64,000 bases of DNA, from positions 151,838,001 through 151,902,000 of the forward strand of contig OZ296648.1 of assembly GCA_965655095.1 (NCBI GenBank), read 5' to 3'. A program made the translations under genes and the position numbers. The notes beneath the pieces are model-generated. The model was not told the DNA's origin, searched no databases, and was given only the letters and a program-made list of their open reading frames with translations. Shown here piece by piece: positions 59,200 to 64,000 of the stretch (within the stretch, counting starts at the first letter, position 1; every line of letters starts with the position of its first letter). This stretch comes from Haplodiscus bocki (Eukaryota).

Positions 59200-62100
59200 A
59201 AAGTAATTGACCCAGTGATTTATAGAAAAAATCACTGTCTGATAAAACTTTCACAGACCTGTTTAGGGGTAGCTAAAAGGAATTTAATTCCAGAATTCGA
59301 TTAATTTCTCCCACCAGTTTTATTTTTTTATACTCCATTCTGGTTTCTGATTAACACATGAGTCACACAAAAACAAATCTCTTGATGTATAACCCTTCCA
59401 AAAGCAAAAATTTGAATTACAAAACATTATTAAACTTTATTCCAGTTGCAGATATCGAAAGTTTGTGTAAACCAATACGCAATGCAAGTTTATCAAAAAT
59501 GAAAAAACTGAAACAATTGAGCGAAAATCTGTTGGTGTGTGAAAGTAGTTAACGAAGAAAAAATTCTTATGGCCATTTTACTCGCATAGTGATTTTGTAG
59601 AGTTTATTATGAAATCAGTGGTGAAGTTTTTGATACTTTTAGGTATTAACGCATGTCAGTTTTTTCAAGAATTTACCACTCCACAATAACGGAGGGAGGA
59701 AGAAAAAAAAACGATTTCAAGGCAGCAAAGAAATTGTTGCATAGGCGGAGAAAAGAAAAAGAACATCTTTATCAATCCCAAGTATAATTTTAATGACGCT
59801 CACAATAGTCCAGGTAAAACAACAAGATGATTAAGATGAAGCAAGTTGGATGAAAAAATTACCAAAAAAAGAGATCACTTCGCTTTAACAGTGAAAGAAA
59901 CAATAGAATGTTGTTTTGTTTTGTTTTTGATCTAAAAGCAAAAAAGCAAGATCATTGTTTTCAAGCTTTATGTCTTTCATATTACATAATTTGAGTGGCT
60001 AAGATATATGATTCAAACTTTTTGAAAAATAAAGTAAGAGCGAGTTACATGAAAAAGTTTTTCGTGTCATTGCCGAACAAATTAAAACATTTCCCAATCA
60101 TTTGTGTTCCTGTAGGATTTTTAGATACTTCAAAATCAATGAAGTTGGACTCAGACGAATTAGTACTAACTTAACAAGATGAAGATTTTGCTAAACGAGA
60201 AAAAGTATTTATTAAGCAGTGAAAACTTGTGCAAGAAAAGATAGAATTTAGGTCAATGACAAAAAAGAACATTACCAGCCTACATAAATGTTCAAAAAAA
60301 TTATTGTTCGACGTTAACGAGTGGAATTGTAGATCCGATGAAAAGAAAAATCACGACAAAATTTATTCTTCGAACGGGCTAAGTTATAACAAAGTTTACT
60401 ATTAGTACTGGTAAACTGTTACTGTGAGAGGTTTCTCTTAAATATGTGAAAGAGCCTAAGAAATCTTTTATTTGAAATCCTTTTTACTTCGTACGTTCAT
60501 CAAAGTTTTTTATCAGGGCGCAGTTTAGAAGTCAAAACAAGAAGAAAATCAGTTTTTGAGATCAAAATCTCTAACTTCGTCTAGAAAATTGTATCAGGTG
60601 AAGACAAATGGCGCACTTTGCTCTCGCTTTAAAATTCAAATTGGGTTTTGTGTTTCAGTTTTTGTTTATGCGAATAATTTTTGTCAGTTGAGTCTGTCAC
60701 ATGATTTATCTTGGAACGTTTCAAAAACACTTCACTTGAGAAAAACTGCTGAAATCCTCGGACGGAACAAAAAGTGGATACTTTGTGGGAATTGGTTTAA
60801 AATAACGCCAGAAAAATTGAAAGAAAGACTAGATTTTTCTCGATTTTGTCCAGTTGTTAAAAATGGCCCCATCAATTTACTGAGACCTTAAGGAAATCAA
60901 AAATGCAAAAAAAGACTACAGAAAGAACTAATTTGTAAATGGACCTTCAAAAAAATTGATCTACGCAATAAACCGCCTTAAGATTTCGCGTGCGACATGG
61001 TATCGTGCTTTTTTAAAAAGCAAAATATGAAACATTTTCGGTGAAAATAAAGAACTCAGTTCAAAATTAGGCATGAAAAACCAGGAAAAAACTTAGAGAG
61101 AAAATCCTCATGAATATGAGCACTTTCGTTTTTGTAAAAAATTGGAAACTGTTCGCCAAGGAAATTTTTTTTTAAATTTTGCCAAAGCTAGCTGATTTTG
61201 TTAAAGAGCAAACCGTATTTAATTTCACTGCTTTTACACAAACTGAAACTGATGAAAGTGATCCAAGTTGGACTTACTTTAGCGATAAAAGAACAAGTCC
61301 AACAAGACGGCTGGCTAGAACCGGCATATTTTTTGCCCGAAAACAAAGATTTTGATCAACATTTGCAAACAGTTAAAAACGAGACTACAGTTTAAAACTT
61401 AGTCAATGCTACCACTGATTTCTGTATTTTACCCAAAACAAGGGAAGTCACTCTTTTCGTTTTTTTTTGTCTCACAGTACCAAAAAGTTATAATGAAACA
61501 ATTCGGTGTGTGAGGAAACTTTCGGTATCGATAAAAATTTTTGCATAGGGGGATATCACAATTTACTGTCCAAAAATTTTTGTCTCACAGTACCAAAAAT
61601 ACTCGTAGAAAAACCCTTCTGTTTCCAAAAATCTCTGGTATCGAAAAAATTTATGCATAGGAGGGGGGCCATCGAGGTCTTGTCGACAATTTTTTTTTCG
61701 CAGGGCCGAAAAACTTCGTAAGAGATCCCCTAGGTGTTTCAGAAATTTTCTAGTCTGGAAAAAAGTTATGGATAAGAGATGGGGAGGCGGATATCTTTTC
61801 TTCCGTTGAAAAATTTTCGTCTCACAGTGTCACAAAACATCGTGAGGACCATCAGTATTTCTGAAATTTTCGCGTATCGAAAAATTTTACGCGTAAAAAG
61901 GGGATGTCACTAATCTACCTTGAAATTTTTTTGCCTCACAGGGCCAAAAAAACCTCTCTTTTGAGAAAATTCTGGTACTGAAAACTATCATGCGTAGGAG
62001 CGGAAAGGCAACAATGATTTTTCGAAATTATTTTGTTTCACTTGACCGAAAAATTTCATAATAGGTCACTTCTCTGTTTCAGAAATTTTTTCGTACGGAC

Positions 62101-63800
62101 AAAAGTTGATGGATAAGAGATGGGGGGTATCAGGCTTCTCCGTCGAAAAAATTTTGTGACAGTAATTAAAAAAAATCGTAGGTGGGCTGTGATTCAGAAA
62201 ACTTCTGTGGTCGCAGAGTTTTACAAATAGGAGGTGGTAGGGAGGGAGTATCACCAATTTCAGTCGAAAAGTTTTTGTCTCACAGTCCCGAAAAAGTTGG
62301 TAGGTGAACCCTTCAGTAATTCAATAAATTCGGGTCTCGAAAATTGTTAGGGATAAGCCGTAAAAATATTTGGTACGAGAGAGTCTTGAACCCCAAACGT
62401 ACTGCTTGAGAATGCTGTTGTCCTAACCCTACTGATGTCAAACATTTTTGAATAAAAAGTTGGCAGTTTTGCACTGAAAAAGAAACGAAAAACAACCCTT
62501 CTGAATGATTAATTTTTCTTGCATTTTACAAATGCAGCAAAAAGTTTAAAAAAATTTGAACAGAAATGAATTTAATTCATGTTTTGACAGAAGGGATCAA
62601 ACATCTAACCAAGGACCGATATAAATTCACAAAAGTTGGTTGGTTTCATTTTGGTATATTAGGTTAAAACCATGAAGGTTTTTATAAAACGAATGAAACA
62701 ATTCCGGGACTTTTTCAGAACAAACACATCAAATACAAATGCTTGTGAAGACTTAATTATACTAAAGGCACAAGCATATGCTTACAAACTTAGTCTTTTG
62801 GACGAAAAAAATTGGACGTGTAACTAAAGCAGCATCAAAAATGTTGAACTTGATAGATACTAGGTTTCTCGGAAGAAATGATTAGAGAATAACCAAGAAA
62901 CTGCTTGATACAGGTATTACAAGTGGATATAAAAAATCATTACAAACTAAAAATTAAAGAGGTTTATGCTGTTTTGCGGATTGGAAATTTTTTAAAACAC
63001 AGCAATTGAAAAGGAAATTGGGGGGCAAAATTGTGATTTTTTTGACTTAAAAGGTTAAATTTGTATTTGTATTTGTTACGTATATGTAATTATAATTGTG
63101 CCTGTCTTTTGTATTTGCATGATTTTTCTCTGCATTAGAATTTTTGTAAGTGCAATTGCTTTTATTCTATCTCAATTAGTCAATGATGATTTCCTTTTGA
63201 ATAAAACTAAGCCAACGAACTGAAACTTTGATCAAAACTTCATCATCACAAAACGTTTTATAAAATGACAATAATGGTTTGATGCATTGGGAAAAAGCTA
63301 CCAAAAACTTAATTAACCTAAAAGTTCATGACAGATTTTGGATTGTGAACGAGACTTTAATACAAAATTGATACTGACACAGACGGAATATTTCATGGCG
63401 GATACATAAGAAAAGTACGAATAACACATTTCTGACGCCAAAGAGAGCAAAAAGTAAACGGGTAAAAAAGGCTTTTTAAAGAAACAATTTCAAAGCGGTA
63501 CTGAAACACAGATAGAAGCTATAGTTCTCCAATTCAAGTAAGTAAAAGTTTTAATCAAATTGAAGCATAAAAGAATGTAGAAAACATATAATATTTCAAA
63601 ACAGGGCTAGAATTGAAAAATGAATCAACCAAGTTGAAGACTCGAAAAATGATATTGCCGAAAACTTAATTTTTCTATCCAATACAAATGTAGCGAAGAA
63701 ACAAGAAAAACCCCCAAATTTAAATCTTAAAGATGTAGTTTAAAAAAGACTTTGAATGTAGATGGCCAAGTGTCTTCACAAAAAGGGGATAGATATAGAT
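59200..63800 (+). pseudogene. Second, highly decayed Polinton-type pPolB (endonuclease VII-insert type), split by an insertion at 61302-62560
   Basis: Collinear remnants: VADIESLCKPI (59445), KRDHF (59870), LHNLSG*D (59980), FLDTSKSMKLDSDELV (60115), HDLSW (60700), DTDTDG (63370); not represented as long ORFs. Confidence 0.6.
61302..62560 (-). mobile_element. Helitron-like non-autonomous element with ~120-bp tandem array (inverted, more diverged relative of 20500-21713)
   Basis: acaagacggctggctagaaccggc end, repeated gtctcacagt units at ~61470-62290, and shared flank ..tactgcttgagaa..gttgtcctaa..gaataaaaagttggca. Confidence 0.7.
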
Positions 63801-64000
63801 GCATCAAATGAAACAGTAAAATGTTTTGAAATTTATTTCCGGGATGATTAAAATGTGAAAAGTGTATTATCCATAGTTTTTGATCAAAATATGAAAACGT
63901 TCAAAACTGTCAAAGACAAAACATAACAAAAAACGTGTATAAACAGTTAGTGAGCCAAAAAAACGTGAAACATGAAAACAACTTAGTTCCTTCTATTTAC

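Overview
AT-rich, repeat-dense eukaryotic (invertebrate metazoan) DNA, not prokaryotic. It holds four host genes, all on the minus strand: CHD1L/ALC1 (2 coding exons, 43664-43548 and 27633-24811, split by a 15.9-kb intron), single-exon CEP89, single-exon DNAJC16, and the first two exons of MSL3 (remaining exons not found in the window). The rest is mostly decayed mobile DNA: a piggyBac between 1.17-kb direct repeats, an 11.9-kb env-bearing Gypsy LTR element inside the CHD1L intron, LINE fragments, a MULE transposase with a C-terminal RING, two different Polinton/Maverick-type protein-primed PolB relics, a PIF1-like helicase relic, and two families of non-autonomous rolling-circle-type elements carrying tRNA-like segments. 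Two observations stand out. First, the Gypsy element carries a multi-exon antisense gene between pol and env, with introns that join exons in frame. Second, a TTTCAG splice acceptor lies just upstream of the start codon of all four host genes, which occur as tightly spaced co-oriented pairs, suggesting SL trans-splicing or operons. All calls were made by eye; no searches were run.
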